Positions 1 to 16,648 of a DNA stretch of 64,000 nucleotides are shown piece by piece. This DNA comes from Bugula neritina (lineage: Eukaryota > Animalia > Bryozoa), in contig OZ037766.1 of NCBI GenBank assembly GCA_964035545.1, positions 29,204,640-29,268,639 of the forward strand. The letters are read 5' to 3'. A program made the translations under genes and the position numbers. How positions within the stretch are numbered: the stretch's first letter is position 1; every line of letters starts with the position of its first letter. Under the pieces are notes generated by a model. The model saw only the letters and a program-made list of their open reading frames with translations. It made no database searches and was not told the origin of the DNA.

Positions 1-1284
1 CCACAGGTGATGGTGACGTCATGATGAGGTTTGTTCCCAGGTGAGTATTCTCCTATACTATCCATTAGTATCCTATCTACTGTATATTACTCTTGGACAT
101 GTAAGAGACGATTAAACTATGTTGTTTCACAGTTTCCATGCTGTCATGTTGATGGCTTCTGGGATGAAGCCAGATGCTGCCGCTAAGACTGCTGTCGCTA
201 AGATAACCAAGAAATACCCACAATTCTCAGGAGCTCTTGTTGCAGTGGATATGAATGGTAATATGGGTAAGTTAAACAGATGTTTATATCACCTCTTTGT
301 TTACCTGCAGCATGATGCTTGCCCTAACTATTTACATTTCATAGAACTGCAATTGTTGAGTTACATCCACCTATGCAAGAAATAATATTTATTTATGGCA
401 AGTTAAAATAGTTTTTATCTTGTGGTTTATATTTATTGTTTATACAAAACCAAGAACATGTGCATTTTAATGTTAATTTCTCATATCACAAATACTAAAA
501 CGAATTGGTTAAATAAATGTAGTGTTGTATTGGAATATTTTATAATATAGCATCTTTGAGGTTTATTATTTTCATGCCGCACTACATATTTTCGAACAGA
601 GTCTAGTAAAAATAGCTTTAGACTTTTAATATAAAAACCATAAAGTGTTTTCCTAGCAAATTTCCATTTCTCTTACAAATATTAACTTTCACTTCAAAAT
701 TATGTCATGAACTATATTTTAATTTTGTAATAATCTTCACATACTGCTACTATTTGTTAAACGTTTATTATACACTTTTATTGGTTTGGTAACTACACGT
801 GATGAACACCTGTCTCTGATACTTTCATTTCTTAAAAATTTTCCCAAATTCATGAATAATCGACTTTTTTTCTAAATAATTCAGACTTTAAAACTAACCA
901 GTGAATAAACCCACTTGCTTCATTCTCTTTATTTGAATTTGCTCAATTTTATTGATCTGCTCAATTTGATTGCTGGGAAGGGGAGGGGGGAGATTTGCTG
1001 CTGCATATAAATATTAATAGAATCTGGTTTGCTTTGCTGAACAAATATTGTAAACTATTGCACTCACTTTTGCTGCTGTAGCATTGAATTGTTGATATTG
1101 CTCTAACACTATTTGTTTATATCTATATATGTTTGCTGTTTATATTTATATGTTTGCTGTTTATATTCATCTGTTTACAGGAGCTGCCTGTAACAATATA
1201 GATGGGTTTCCTTACACCTACAGAACTAGTAAAGATAGTGAAGTGAAAACAACCACTGTTAAATGCAGCCATTCTAATAGCTAA
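1..1284 (+). CDS. AGA: Aspartylglucosaminidase (glycosylasparaginase, Ntn-hydrolase) copy 1; last three exons only, 5' part lies upstream of the window
   Basis: Exons <1-40, 133-266, 1181-1284 (TAA) joined by GT-AG introns in frame. They encode [20 protein letters not shown]...KKYPQFSGALVAVDMNGNMGAACNNIDGFPYTYR, matching the AGA beta-subunit C-terminus (cf. ATGNGDILMRFLPSYQAV...FFGAVICAN...GAAC) and near-identical to copy 2. Confidence 0.93.
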
Positions 1285-1590
1285 AACTTATCTTATTTCT
1301 GTTTTTACTTTTATATTATAATTTTACAATATAATGCTATGTAGACTTATATATGAGAATATTTTCTTTGAATTTAGCCTTAAAATCTTGCAATATAAGC
1401 TTAGAACTTCTCTACGCAGCTTTTTAACTGTTAGCAAGGCATATAATATAACGTCCAGATATACTTAAAACATTCCTTTCATGCATTTAATGTGTATATG
1501 AGGCTTAATTCAGAGTTGTTAATGTGGGTGTTTACTAAGTCTTATGTGTGTAGAAGTCCTTGAATGGAATGTAGACATACAATGTCATTT

Positions 1591-1771
1591 GCTGAAACTT
1601 GGATGAAGGCAGCACTCAAACTTGCAAATCCTTCAACTGAACGAAAAGCGTGCTTATTAGTTTTACACAGACATGCTTTAAAGACTTTAGTGCCAAATGG
1701 TGCAGCAGCTTTTACTTTGAAATCTCAGGCTGATTCAGTTGCCTTTTATTTTGAGAAATTCTCCAAGCCTG
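1591..1771 (+). pseudogene. Isolated fragment of the 6901-9142 gene (C-terminal part)
   Basis: TWMKAALKLANPS-TERKACLLVLHRHALKTLVPNGAAAFTLKSQADSVAFYFEKFSKP aligns with TWMKAALKLANPSATEQKVCLTVLHRHALKALEPNGEADFTLQPQTDPVAFYFEKFSNP at ~8729-8912, with clear nucleotide similarity and one codon deleted. Similarity stops abruptly on both sides. Confidence 0.85.
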
Positions 1772-2676
1772 GTGCATGCATGAAGACTTGGGGTTGATGT
1801 TCCCAGTAGTTCCTATAGTGTGCTGGTTAGCCTGCTAGATTGCAAATTGGAGGTGGAGGCAGGGGTATTTTTACAGAAGGCTTTGAAATTATGTATGTGT
1901 ACAATATGTAGGTAGTACTTAGCTAGTTTATGGTTCTGTGTGCTGAATGGTAGAAAGTTTACAGGCAAATTTGCACCATTAGATAATGGGTGCATATACA
2001 GCTGATGTTGCATATAAAAATGTATTTGTATTGTATCAATCTGGTATAAAATAAAAACATATAGTTGTAACTTTATATAACGAGAACTTGAACTGATAGT
2101 TCTAGTACTTTATTATTTCAAGTCTATGGCATCTAACAATATTAAAGCTAATCGCCCAGGAAAACACTGTTCACTAAAATTTTAAAGTTGAGTTTGGTAA
2201 ATTGGATGCAGCTATTCTGAATAGTCATGAACATAAACACCAGTATATGTAGAGGCAGCTCAAAATTGAAATTATTGATTCAAAAGCTGACGTCACAAGA
2301 GTAAACATAAAGATCTTTACTCGTTAGCAAACACATGACAGAGTTATTTAGTCTTAAAATACGACTATAATATGTGCTGAAACCAAAAGCTCTGTTATTG
2401 TCAAAAGATCACAAGTTGTTTATGACATTTTTTTCTAAGCATTTTATTTCATTGCTAATATTTAATGCTTTGAAACAGCTAAAAGCTGTAGCTTTTCCTT
2501 ACTGAATAGATTTAGGTTATGACGAAATAGCTTTGCACATACTAGCTAGTAGTAACATATAAATTGCGTACCGTACCCACCTTCAGTTTAGTTTCATACG
2601 GGTTTTATTAACTGCTCAGCTGGTTTTTATTCAAACTCTGCTTAAGTTGAGCTTCCATTTATTAGTTTGAAACAAA

Positions 2677-4176
2677 ATGGCTGAATCCGTCAAATGTCCA
2701 GTTGAGGAAAATGCAGCTTATGCTGTCAATCAGTTTACAAAGTTGAGTCTCAAATGTGGAGTAAAGGGGGAAGCACAATTTCCAGGTGATTCAAAGAAGA
2801 CCCTAAGCTGCTTTATTTCTTCCAGATTTGCAGGTTCGAATCCTTTGCAGAGCTATATGGGAGGAGATGCAAACTTTCAACTGGCTGCAAGTATTTTTGA
2901 CAATGATACAGATTTGTTAGACAGTGATTTGCCAGCTCGCCCAGGATTTTTCAATCATCTAGGTAATGATTCAATGAAGCTAGTCTATAATCTATCAAAT
3001 GCAATAAAGGATTTACCAGCTGGTTTAACTGTATTGAAAAACATGTTTTCATCAAAGACCAACTCAAATTATGCAGAAGACATTGAAAGAACTGTGTTCC
3101 AGATGAGTGAGCCAGAGGGGCCAGAGGACATTCTACTTGAGCTTTGTCGGGCTGTGAACGAAATTATAAAGTATGCCTTAAATGCGTACTTGCCTTATAT
3201 GGAAAGTGAATTTGGATGCAAGCACTTCTACAGGTTTCTAGAACGAGTAGAGTATTCTATCGAGACATTAATTGCAGTTATTATATCTAATTATGTTTTA
3301 ATTCAAAAAGCTTTTCCTATTTTTTTAATTCTTGCAAACCTGCACATACTTTACCTACAAGAACTGGCCATGTGTGATTTCCGAAATTCTAGCATACTTG
3401 AGTGCAGTTGGGGTAAAAAAGTTGTTAAATGTTCCAAAATTTATGTATCTTTCACTATGCTGACTTTCACTCATTTGTGGAAAGCTAGAATTGAAGGCCT
3501 TTCCAAAGTCAGCATACAAGAAATGGAGCTGGACAGAAAGTCAGCAGGTGACTTCAACAGTCAAAAGTTCATTAGGTTGAGAGCAGAATTTTTTGATGCA
3601 TATGCCGGAAAGAATTTCCTTGTGTACAGACAAGAACAGATTTGCAAACTCGAAAATGTGGCTGCCTTGAAAGAAAAAATCAAAAATGAAGTTATGGCAT
3701 ATCAAAAAGATGTGTATATTCCATTAGTCATTGAGGATTTTTATGTTGCTTTACATCACCCTGAACGTGCTTGTGCCGCATGGCTAACACTTCAGCATCA
3801 ACCAGTCAAGTTCCCAAAGTCAGAAAGTTTAGCATGCTTATTCTACTCTGTAAAACTTCCATCATTACATAATCAGTTGAACTTCTTTAGGCCACATGTT
3901 AATTGTCAGGACAATAGTGATTCTGAAGATACACCCAAAGGTTTATTTGCTAGTGTACAATTACATCCTACATTGACCTCCACTCCAATGCTAAACAAGA
4001 TATCTCTTTGGACAGGAAGTGGGGATCCATTGTCGTTTATTAAAGGATATGCTTGCACATTTCTACGCAGGAGTCCATTCGAGGAAGAGCATGATATAAT
4101 AATGGAAACTGCTTGTGTTCCAACAAATGTTTTGCCTGATTCTATACTCATTCCTGAAGGCTTTATTATTCTTTAA
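2677..4176 (+). CDS. Uncharacterised 499-aa single-exon protein, Cry/delta-endotoxin domain I-like (paralog A)
   Basis: 1.5-kb open frame in AT-rich DNA, AAAATGG start context. Paralogous to 6901-9142 (WKARIEGLSKVSI vs WKTRLEGISYVSI; IIMETACVP vs NLMEIACVP). FPIFLILANLHILYLQEL resembles the Cry helix-5 motif LPxYAQAANLHLLLLRD. The CDS is well supported; the family call is tentative. Confidence 0.85.
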   Translation: MAESVKCPVEENAAYAVNQFTKLSLKCGVKGEAQFPGDSKKTLSCFISSRFAGSNPLQSYMGGDANFQLAASIFDNDTDLLDSDLPARPGFFNHLGNDSMKLVYNLSNAIKDLPAGLTVLKNMFSSKTNSNYAEDIERTVFQMSEPEGPEDILLELCRAVNEIIKYALNAYLPYMESEFGCKHFYRFLERVEYSIETLIAVIISNYVLIQKAFPIFLILANLHILYLQELAMCDFRNSSILECSWGKKVVKCSKIYVSFTMLTFTHLWKARIEGLSKVSIQEMELDRKSAGDFNSQKFIRLRAEFFDAYAGKNFLVYRQEQICKLENVAALKEKIKNEVMAYQKDVYIPLVIEDFYVALHHPERACAAWLTLQHQPVKFPKSESLACLFYSVKLPSLHNQLNFFRPHVNCQDNSDSEDTPKGLFASVQLHPTLTSTPMLNKISLWTGSGDPLSFIKGYACTFLRRSPFEEEHDIIMETACVPTNVLPDSILIPEGFIIL

Positions 4177-6900
4177 GCCAATAATGCTGATCTTGCTAAA
4201 CAGTAATACGTCTTTTAAAATGTTAATATAACAGGATGTAAAGGTTTTTAGTCATCGTATTTAACTAACAATTCTAGCTTTTGTTTTCAATACTAACTTC
4301 AAATATTACTATTATAGAATTTTTTCTTTGAGCTGTTTGATTTATTATTTTAGTTAGCTCCATTTTTATCAATTTAGTCTCATGCAGAGGAAAATTTTAT
4401 GCTAGATTAAAAAACTTGTATTGGTAATTTAAAAAAATGATGGTATAGTTACATATTAATTTCTAAAATAAATGTTTTATGACTTTTTACTAAATTATTA
4501 GCAAAGCTTCATTGCTACCCAAAATACACCAAAGACCATTTAACTCTATTTTACAAATTATGTAATCAAAAGTACATAATTCACATTTTCCAAAGATTTT
4601 AACTAAAGGCAATCATATCTTTTATAAATTTAATAAAACTTTGGTAAAAATTTAATCAAGATAACAAATCAGTTTTAGTAATTGTAGCGATATAAATAAC
4701 AATCTGCGTAGAAAAAACTTTAATTCTGGTATAAACTAGAAAAAAAATGTGAAATATATATCTATTGCAGTGCAATTTATATTTAACAAGCATCTCATTC
4801 TATGAGAAAACAGCTTCAAGTTCCTTACAAGTTTGTAATATGGGATCCAGCTGCCACAACTGAGTATGGAGGATTCCAAAAGCTTACTATTTATACATAT
4901 TTAGCAAAATAAATAAATTTCAGTAGAATTTTCTTATTGCAATGACTTGCTTGAGCACATGCAGTGTTTTTCAGCATTATTATAATGACATGCTGCTGTT
5001 TATTTATGCTTTGAATATATTGTCATTTATTAATAGGTATGTTTTTTTTTCAAAACAAAATGTTAATTTTACAAGGAGATATAGTTGTTTTTTATTCATA
5101 TATTTCACACATGTTCCGAGTCTTTATCTATGGTAGTATGGGTTGTTGAGTTGGCTAATGGCTGTATAATAAGCATGCTATATTTACATGGTTTGATAAC
5201 TCCTGCTTTGAGCACACAAAGCATATGACTGAATGCCCGCATGATGACATGCTGACTGACTCAATGCTTTAACCATATTAGATAAAAAACTGAGATTTTA
5301 TTACCCTTTGGAAAATATGACGTATTATTTTATTTGATACGCTCATACTAAGATTTCAACATGTTACAAACTGCAAGTTCTATTGTTAAAGTATACTTTT
5401 GCTCCTTGACACCTCTTTTTTATTTGTGCATGATCATAACATTACATATATATTTAATATTACATGTTGCCAAAAATTAGCTGTCTTAAAAAAAATTATC
5501 GAGATGAAATACTAATTTAAAACCTTATATATTTATATCACTAAAGAACATAAAATGCATGAACTAAAAATTGTAGCAAAAGGGTAGCTGGTTTGATGTA
5601 AGCATAATCACTTTATATATTTAAAAATAAGACAACTCTAAAAAAACAAAAAGACTTGGTTTATTAAAACAATCCAGTACAGCCTTACTATCTTTCTGAA
5701 AAAGCTTTTAGACAATGAAAAAGCTGTTACTTGGAAAATACTAGAATGAGTACCTTACAGACATGTTGATGTACTAGTAGATGCATATAATATGTTTCAT
5801 TATTTTTGGACAAGCTCTCAATTCTCTTTTCACAGTATAATTCAAAACTGAAAATGTTTCAGATAACTTTTCCAACATTGAAGATGCACTTAGGCAATTT
5901 GCATACCAGCATATACTCATATATTATTATAATTCTCACTGCAGGGGTACACAACTAATGATTGTAAACAACCTCAAAATGTTAAGGTTTTGAACATGGC
6001 TGTCAGTGTGAGAGATCAAAAGTAATTAACTTTATTGCTTATTTCCAAAACCAAATATTATAATAAACATGCCTTAATTTAAAAGTTCACATGAAGTAAT
6101 TTGAATAATAATTTAATTGAATTACCATAAAAAGAAGCTATATAGGGAACAAAGTGAAGTTAAATAAGTGGAGATACTTTAAAGTATTCTGTTATCTTTA
6201 TGAAAAGCAATGATGTCTTGTGAATCTTACATTTATATAATGGGATCTCTTCAAAAGAGAAGACAACTCTTACATGAGCTATATGTCATTTTATGCATGC
6301 ATGTGCATGGTATAAAATGCATAGAAATACCGAGATAAAAGTATACATGGATTATTTTCAACCTTAATGATCACACATTACTTGGCAGTTTAAAGCAAAA
6401 GTAAAAAGTAGCTGAGACAATTGACAATATGCAAGGTATAATAACAATTCCTTTTCTAACTAACAAGACAGGGTTTGGGAAAGAATGGAGCTTTAATCTT
6501 TCTACTAACTTTTTATTAACTTGTACCATTATAAAAATTGGTGCAAATTTAGTTATTTTTAGAAGCACAGTATCTTCAGATAGACTTGCTTTTATTTCAA
6601 TCAAACTTTGGAGCTGGTAGAGTCGGCTTGCTTGTTTGAATATTAATAGCCAATTACAGCTTTATTTCACCTTAACTGCACTGCAATTAGCTTAAACTTA
6701 TAGCTACAACTTGCACAAGCTGATAATATAAAATATTTGTCCAAAGTTTTCTATAAACAAAAGCAGAAAAAACTTTAAAAATTAGCCAGTTTTATAGCTA
6801 AATATTGTTTGGAAAGAATTTTAGACAGCACCTTTTATAAAGTTAGCAATAGTTTGTGTTGAACTCAAACTTTCTTCAAATTTATATAAAAAGACACAAA

Positions 6901-9142
6901 ATGGCATCCAAAGAATCAAAAGATGCCCACAAATTACCAAGCACCGAGGGGACTAAGCCCACAGCAAGTGAACTTTCTTCTCAGATTCAATCTACTTCCG
7001 CTAGTGAGGTGCCCATGACACCCCACCCACCTGCTGGTCCTAGAACAAAAGCTAAAAGAAGAGCAAAGGGGAGAGAAAGGAGGTACAAGCCTAAAGCTGT
7101 CTCAGAACAGGTTAGTTGACAACACTGTATGACTTCTTTACTGCTCAGTTTTCTGTCAAAATGGTTCTTAAAACTGGCTGTGGCCTCACCCAACATTAGC
7201 CTATGTTTTACTTCAAATTGCTAAACTGATTTCAAAAGCTAACTAAAAATATTGAACGTTTTTATGACATCAGTAAAGTATCCTTTCACTAACCAATCAG
7301 ATCTTACCTGCACATACTTGTTGTAATCACGTGATTTTGTAGCAGGCAAGTAACTTCATTGGTAAACTTAATTACTAGCGGGTTATGTAATTTATAATCA
7401 GAATCATCTTTTTATATAGGATTGTTAGTAAACATTTTTTGAGTGTTTAGTCTGATCGTATTTAATTACAGTATTGATATAAATCATGCTGCATGATGAT
7501 TTTTTATTAGAGGTAGCCATGATGCATCTTCCAGGTTGAAAAGATGGAAATGGAAGGTTCTGGTTCAACTTCTGCTATGCCTACAAAAAATACATCAGCT
7601 GACAACTCAGATGCAGAGAGTGGAGATACAATCATGACTGATATAGATGATTCTGGCCAAGACAACCTACCAACTAGTCTTTCTGCAAATCCTTCTGCTT
7701 TTAAACAAAAAGGAGATGGAAGTTCAGGTTCTGATATAAAAGAAGTGTCTACGGCTGAAAACACTCTTTCACTCACAGGTGCTGCCGGGAGTATTGTAAG
7801 TTCTGAAAGCTCAAGTCTCTCGAATTTAAGTGACTCAAATCCTGCAGTTGTTTTTAAGGCTAACAAGCTTTTTTTTGAAGTTTACTCAAGTGAAGCCCCT
7901 GATGGCAGTGAGACAGCTCATAGTCTAATTAGGAGTCTTATTGCTGCTGTCAGTGGAAGTTTATCTACTGACCTTTCAGTTTTTGAGGCTATATTTAAAA
8001 GTAAACGCGAATCAGATTATTTATTTTATGTAACTGAACTTCTAGCTAAGGATTGTATTCCAGATAAACCAGAAGCGGTGTTAGTTGATTTACTAACCAA
8101 CCTTAATAATTTTGTTCATTTTGTGAAAGAAGAGTATTTAGAAAAAGTGAAAACTCACGCATATTCTGTTGAACACTTCACCAATATGCTGAAAATGCAA
8201 GAAGAACTAAGAAGAGTTGAATTAAAGGGCATAATGCAAAGCAATTCTTTTCCCAAGAAGGGCATGCTGCTTTTTAATATTGCTACTCAATTTTACTTGC
8301 TACTTGTACAAGAAATAGTTTCACTCAAAGACTTGCCTGATTGTGAAGAGTCAAAGAGTTTCATTAAGGAAGTGACAGATCTTTTAAAGAGTTGCGCAGA
8401 ATTTGTGTTGGGATCTTTCAACACACACTGGAAAACCAGACTAGAAGGAATATCTTACGTTTCTATCAGAAAGAAAAGTCTGGTTGACAAAGGCAAGTCA
8501 CTCAAACGTAAGCATGCTGACTCACAAAAATATGAGCTGTCAGCGATAATCAAGGACAACTATTGCTTGACTGGAGAACGGGTCAACTTACACCAAACCG
8601 AATGTGACAATGAGTCAATGGAAGCAGAGACTAATGACTTACTGATACTCGCTAACTCCTTGAGAGATGATTACATCATTGAAAGAAATACTGAGTTGCA
8701 AAAGAGTTTGTACTTTCCAGCTGTGTCTGCAGCAACTTGGATGAAGGCAGCACTCAAACTTGCAAACCCTTCAGCAACTGAACAAAAAGTGTGTCTAACA
8801 GTTTTACACAGACATGCTTTAAAGGCTTTAGAGCCAAATGGTGAGGCAGATTTTACTTTACAGCCTCAGACTGATCCAGTTGCCTTTTATTTTGAGAAAT
8901 TCTCCAACCCTGAAGTTTCATTTGATATAAAAAGAAGTTCTATGGAAGGTCTTCAAGGCTATATAAAGTCCTTGTCTAAAACATCTTACTTGTGTGCCTG
9001 TTGTCATGCCGACAGAGAAAATGGAGGGAAGACAAATCTTATGGAGATAGCCTGTGTCCCTGAATACATGGTTAATATACTTCGACAAAACAAGTCTAAG
9101 TTTATTGAAAAGTCTTGTGCTGTGAATGTAGATTCTAGTTAA
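6901..9142 (+). CDS. Uncharacterised ~605-aa protein with low-complexity N-terminus, Cry domain I-like (paralog B)
   Basis: Exon 6901-7110 (ATG MASKESKD...SEQ|GTTAGT, phase 0) splices to 7535-9142 (CCAG|GTT GAA AAG ATG), in frame with the 532-aa ORF. Ser/Asp/Thr-rich N-terminus with a basic stretch (KAKRRAKGRERR). The C-terminal ~400 aa align with paralog A. Confidence 0.85.
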
Positions 9143-9923
9143 AAATAACATCTCTAGTAACCATGGGTTTTTGTTTATGTTGTTTCTTCTTTTTTCATTT
9201 TCTTTATCTAGTTGCACCCTGGCTATTCTTTAAATGGAAACTATTATAATGAATGATGTACGAGACTATGTTGTATTATAACCTCAAAGTCTTGAAAACA
9301 CTGCATCAGTACGTGTACATTTTTATCATTTACAGATTACTAAAACAAAAATTGCTTGCTTATTCTCAGTGTTGCTGTTTTTTATAGCAAATTCTAATTC
9401 TACTCATTGAAATAAACTTGTAAAGCTTTTCTTACAACCCATTAATGCACCTACACCAGGCGTTGTGTTACAGCAGCCAAGCTTACTTAAATAAAGTTTA
9501 TGCTCTCTATTACCCTATGGAAAGGGATGGCTGATTATTAATGAATTCAAAACTACAACAGCCAGTAAACTTGACCACTTTGGAGTGTGGTGGAGTTATC
9601 CTCCATAAAATTGGAATGTCAGTTGCGGGAAATACGAATTTTTGAAAGTTGTTAGCAGCGATTCCTACAAGAATGTATACGAAGCCTTGGCTTTTAGTAG
9701 GTTTGTATTTTTCAATAGTGTCAAATTGAGACAACCGCATTGTTTGCTTTGAGGACAATACCATACGCTTTCCTAGCATTTGTCCCCATAGTAACCAGCC
9801 GGAGAGTATTGGCATGAAGCTGCTATTTTAACTCAGAGTACTAGTACTTACTAATTAGTAAATCATACCGGTTGGAGTTGTTGTTCGATTATTTTGCAGT
9901 GTCAATAACCATCTCAAATTAAA

Positions 9924-14113
<4,190 letters not shown>

Positions 14114-16648
14114 ACCTAAGCTGCTTTTAGCCTCCTGTCCATATACGGCACTTATTGCTGCATTTTTATTTCTTGTAATTGAAACTTTTTATAATTGTGG
14201 CAAAATAATATTTATGCAGTTGTATGTTTTTACATTACTGGCTCTTTTTCAGCATTCACACACCGTTTGAAATTCACGAAATATCTTTGCCTTGCCATTT
14301 TGACTTGTGGACAGCTGATAACAATTATTTATAGTTTTGAAACCATTTCTTGTTATATATTCTCACCTTTGCATACGTTACGTATTAGCATGCCATGACT
14401 GTTTTGCTACTTATTAGGCAATCATGTATATATATTTGTTGGAATCTCTCTTTTACAGTGATGTACAATTTAATTTATTAATTAAGTTGCAAGCATAATG
14501 GTACTGCATGGGCTTTGCTATGCAGTTTTTCTATATAATTTTACTGCTTTTAATATTCTTACCAAACACTTCCATTTACAAATAGAATTATAGACTTTAG
14601 TAAAGGTTTAAATATCTATATTATGCATTTTGTTGTTATTATGTTGGTTTATTATTGAATACTGAAAAATTGTACAATGCAGTATAAGGTACACATACTA
14701 AAATTATATGCAATCTCAGTATCTATATGACACGGCTTGTTTTATTTTTACTGGTATAATTTGCCATTTTGATCCTATCTACTTTAAAGATAATAAATTT
14801 ATAATTTCTGGTAAAGCATAAGTTAATTTTGTTTTTATAAACTTTTTAGTTATAGCTAAAAGATGCAATAATTCTTCTTATTTTTTGCATTACTCATCGT
14901 GTATAAGTGTAGTTTAGTCATATCAATCAATACTAATACCTCTATACTAACTCTTAAAGCATTCATTTGCTTATATGTAGGCCTATACACACGCCTAGCC
15001 AGCTGGAAATAAGCATCAATATCCACACATATTTGGTGTCACGCGGTTAGTTATGTGTAATTTATGCAAAATAAGCTTTCTGTGAAAAATACCAAATATT
15101 GCTATCAGTGCTCTTGAATTGGCTGCAAAAATAATGAGTTTACTGCAGGTAATCAAGGTTGAGTTGAATTAGCAATTGGCTAGTAGGAAGTTACAATACA
15201 CTATAAACATTCGAGAGAGGTGGGAATTCCCAAACATTAAAATGAGTTTTTGAGAGTTATCACTCCTTATTTCTGCAGAATGTCAATGCTGTTGCTGACC
15301 AACTGTTGTGCACTACCTTATGTGTAACATTTTACATAACTTGGGTATTGGTTACGTTTGGTTTGAAAATTAACTAAATTTGGTGCATAGCTTACTTCAT
15401 TTAGCGAGCAAACAACTTCTCATGTTACAGACATTCATTACTATTGCTATAATTTTAAAAACTGTACTCCTATTATGATGCTAAAACCTCTTTCCACTAC
15501 GTGACCCTAAGCAAGTTGACTGAAAACTACAGCAGCAGCAATAAGATAAAATATCACAATATTTTATACAATCTGTTAGACTCATTATAAGACTGCAATG
15601 AGATCAGTACTTTACCACTTAATAGCCTACTATATATTGTTCAATAATTTATAGACTTTATGCTACTTTGAAGACACTGCTTTATTAGTTGGAAGCGCAC
15701 CATCTTAATAGATATGCTATTCTCATCAAAAGTAATTTTTTTCATTTGTAACTTGTGTGTGTTCTACAGTCAATTCTCCTTCTATTATTCGTTATTAATC
15801 TGCTGACTTTAGTTTCAGGATTTGACTGTAATACTGGTAAAACTCATTGAACCATGACGGGTTCATTACTCGTTAGCGTACAGTCAGCTGCTGAACGGTA
15901 CCCACCAATGTTATAATTGTGGTTTTTAGGTCGTCAAATAGTATGCCAGCGAACAGTCAACTGATGATAAGTTACTGGCACTAGTACTTTCCTGCGACAG
16001 TACCACTCAACAGAAAGGAAGCGCCTGTTGTCAACATTTCTGGTTCCGTGGTAAGTATATTGGCAACGCTTCTATTATACTTATAGTAATAGTATTAGTT
16101 ATTACTCCTAGTTTTTCGCTTATGAAATGGTTCTTTTTAAGTATAATAAGTAACAAGCCATTCAGTTTCACTGTGTATATAATAATTATTTAGGTTTTAA
16201 AATCACCCATTGGCTATTGAATTTCCAAATTGACTCAAATCCCAAGGTAAAAGATAAATTTCTACTGATCAGTACTCCAAGTCCCTAACAGTAACTCATG
16301 AGTCTTGTTTGTTTGGGATGCTTTGAATTTAGCTGAAAACCCATTACATGTACTATTTGTACTGTGTCTATAAGTATAAGCCATAGTAATAGTTATACTT
16401 AGTCTTATAGTTATTGCTTTTGCCATTGGTAATACTAATGCTAATAAGTAATGTCTAATGTCAATCCTAAATATGATAGTATAGGCATAGAGACTCATGA
16501 TGGCTGAACTTGACTTACTTTTACTTTTTGCACAGGATTTTTCTTAGTTGCTCAGACATCAGCACAGATATGCTCAACTTAGAGAAAGCAGAAATACAGG
16601 CCATTATTATTATATGTTTATTAGCTATGTAACTTCTATATTTACAAG

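Noticed and set aside
5640-6620. Short ORFs between paralogs A and B as a possible further decayed paralog
   Set aside because: I could not align any frame convincingly to either paralog. TBLASTN would settle it.
7507-7866. Antisense ORFs overlapping real exons (also 3906-4151, 8918-9217, 25897-26347, 57405-59688)
   Set aside because: Shadow frames of genuine coding sequence on the opposite strand.
9510-9815. 101-aa minus-strand ORF upstream of AGA2
   Set aside because: No recognisable motif or splice support. It may be promoter sequence or a decayed fragment; I cannot support it as a gene.
15850-16620. Possible upstream coding exons of zinc-finger gene 1 (donor at 16050/16051)
   Set aside because: No splice combination I tried gave an open frame into 16649. 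These are probably 5'-UTR exons.
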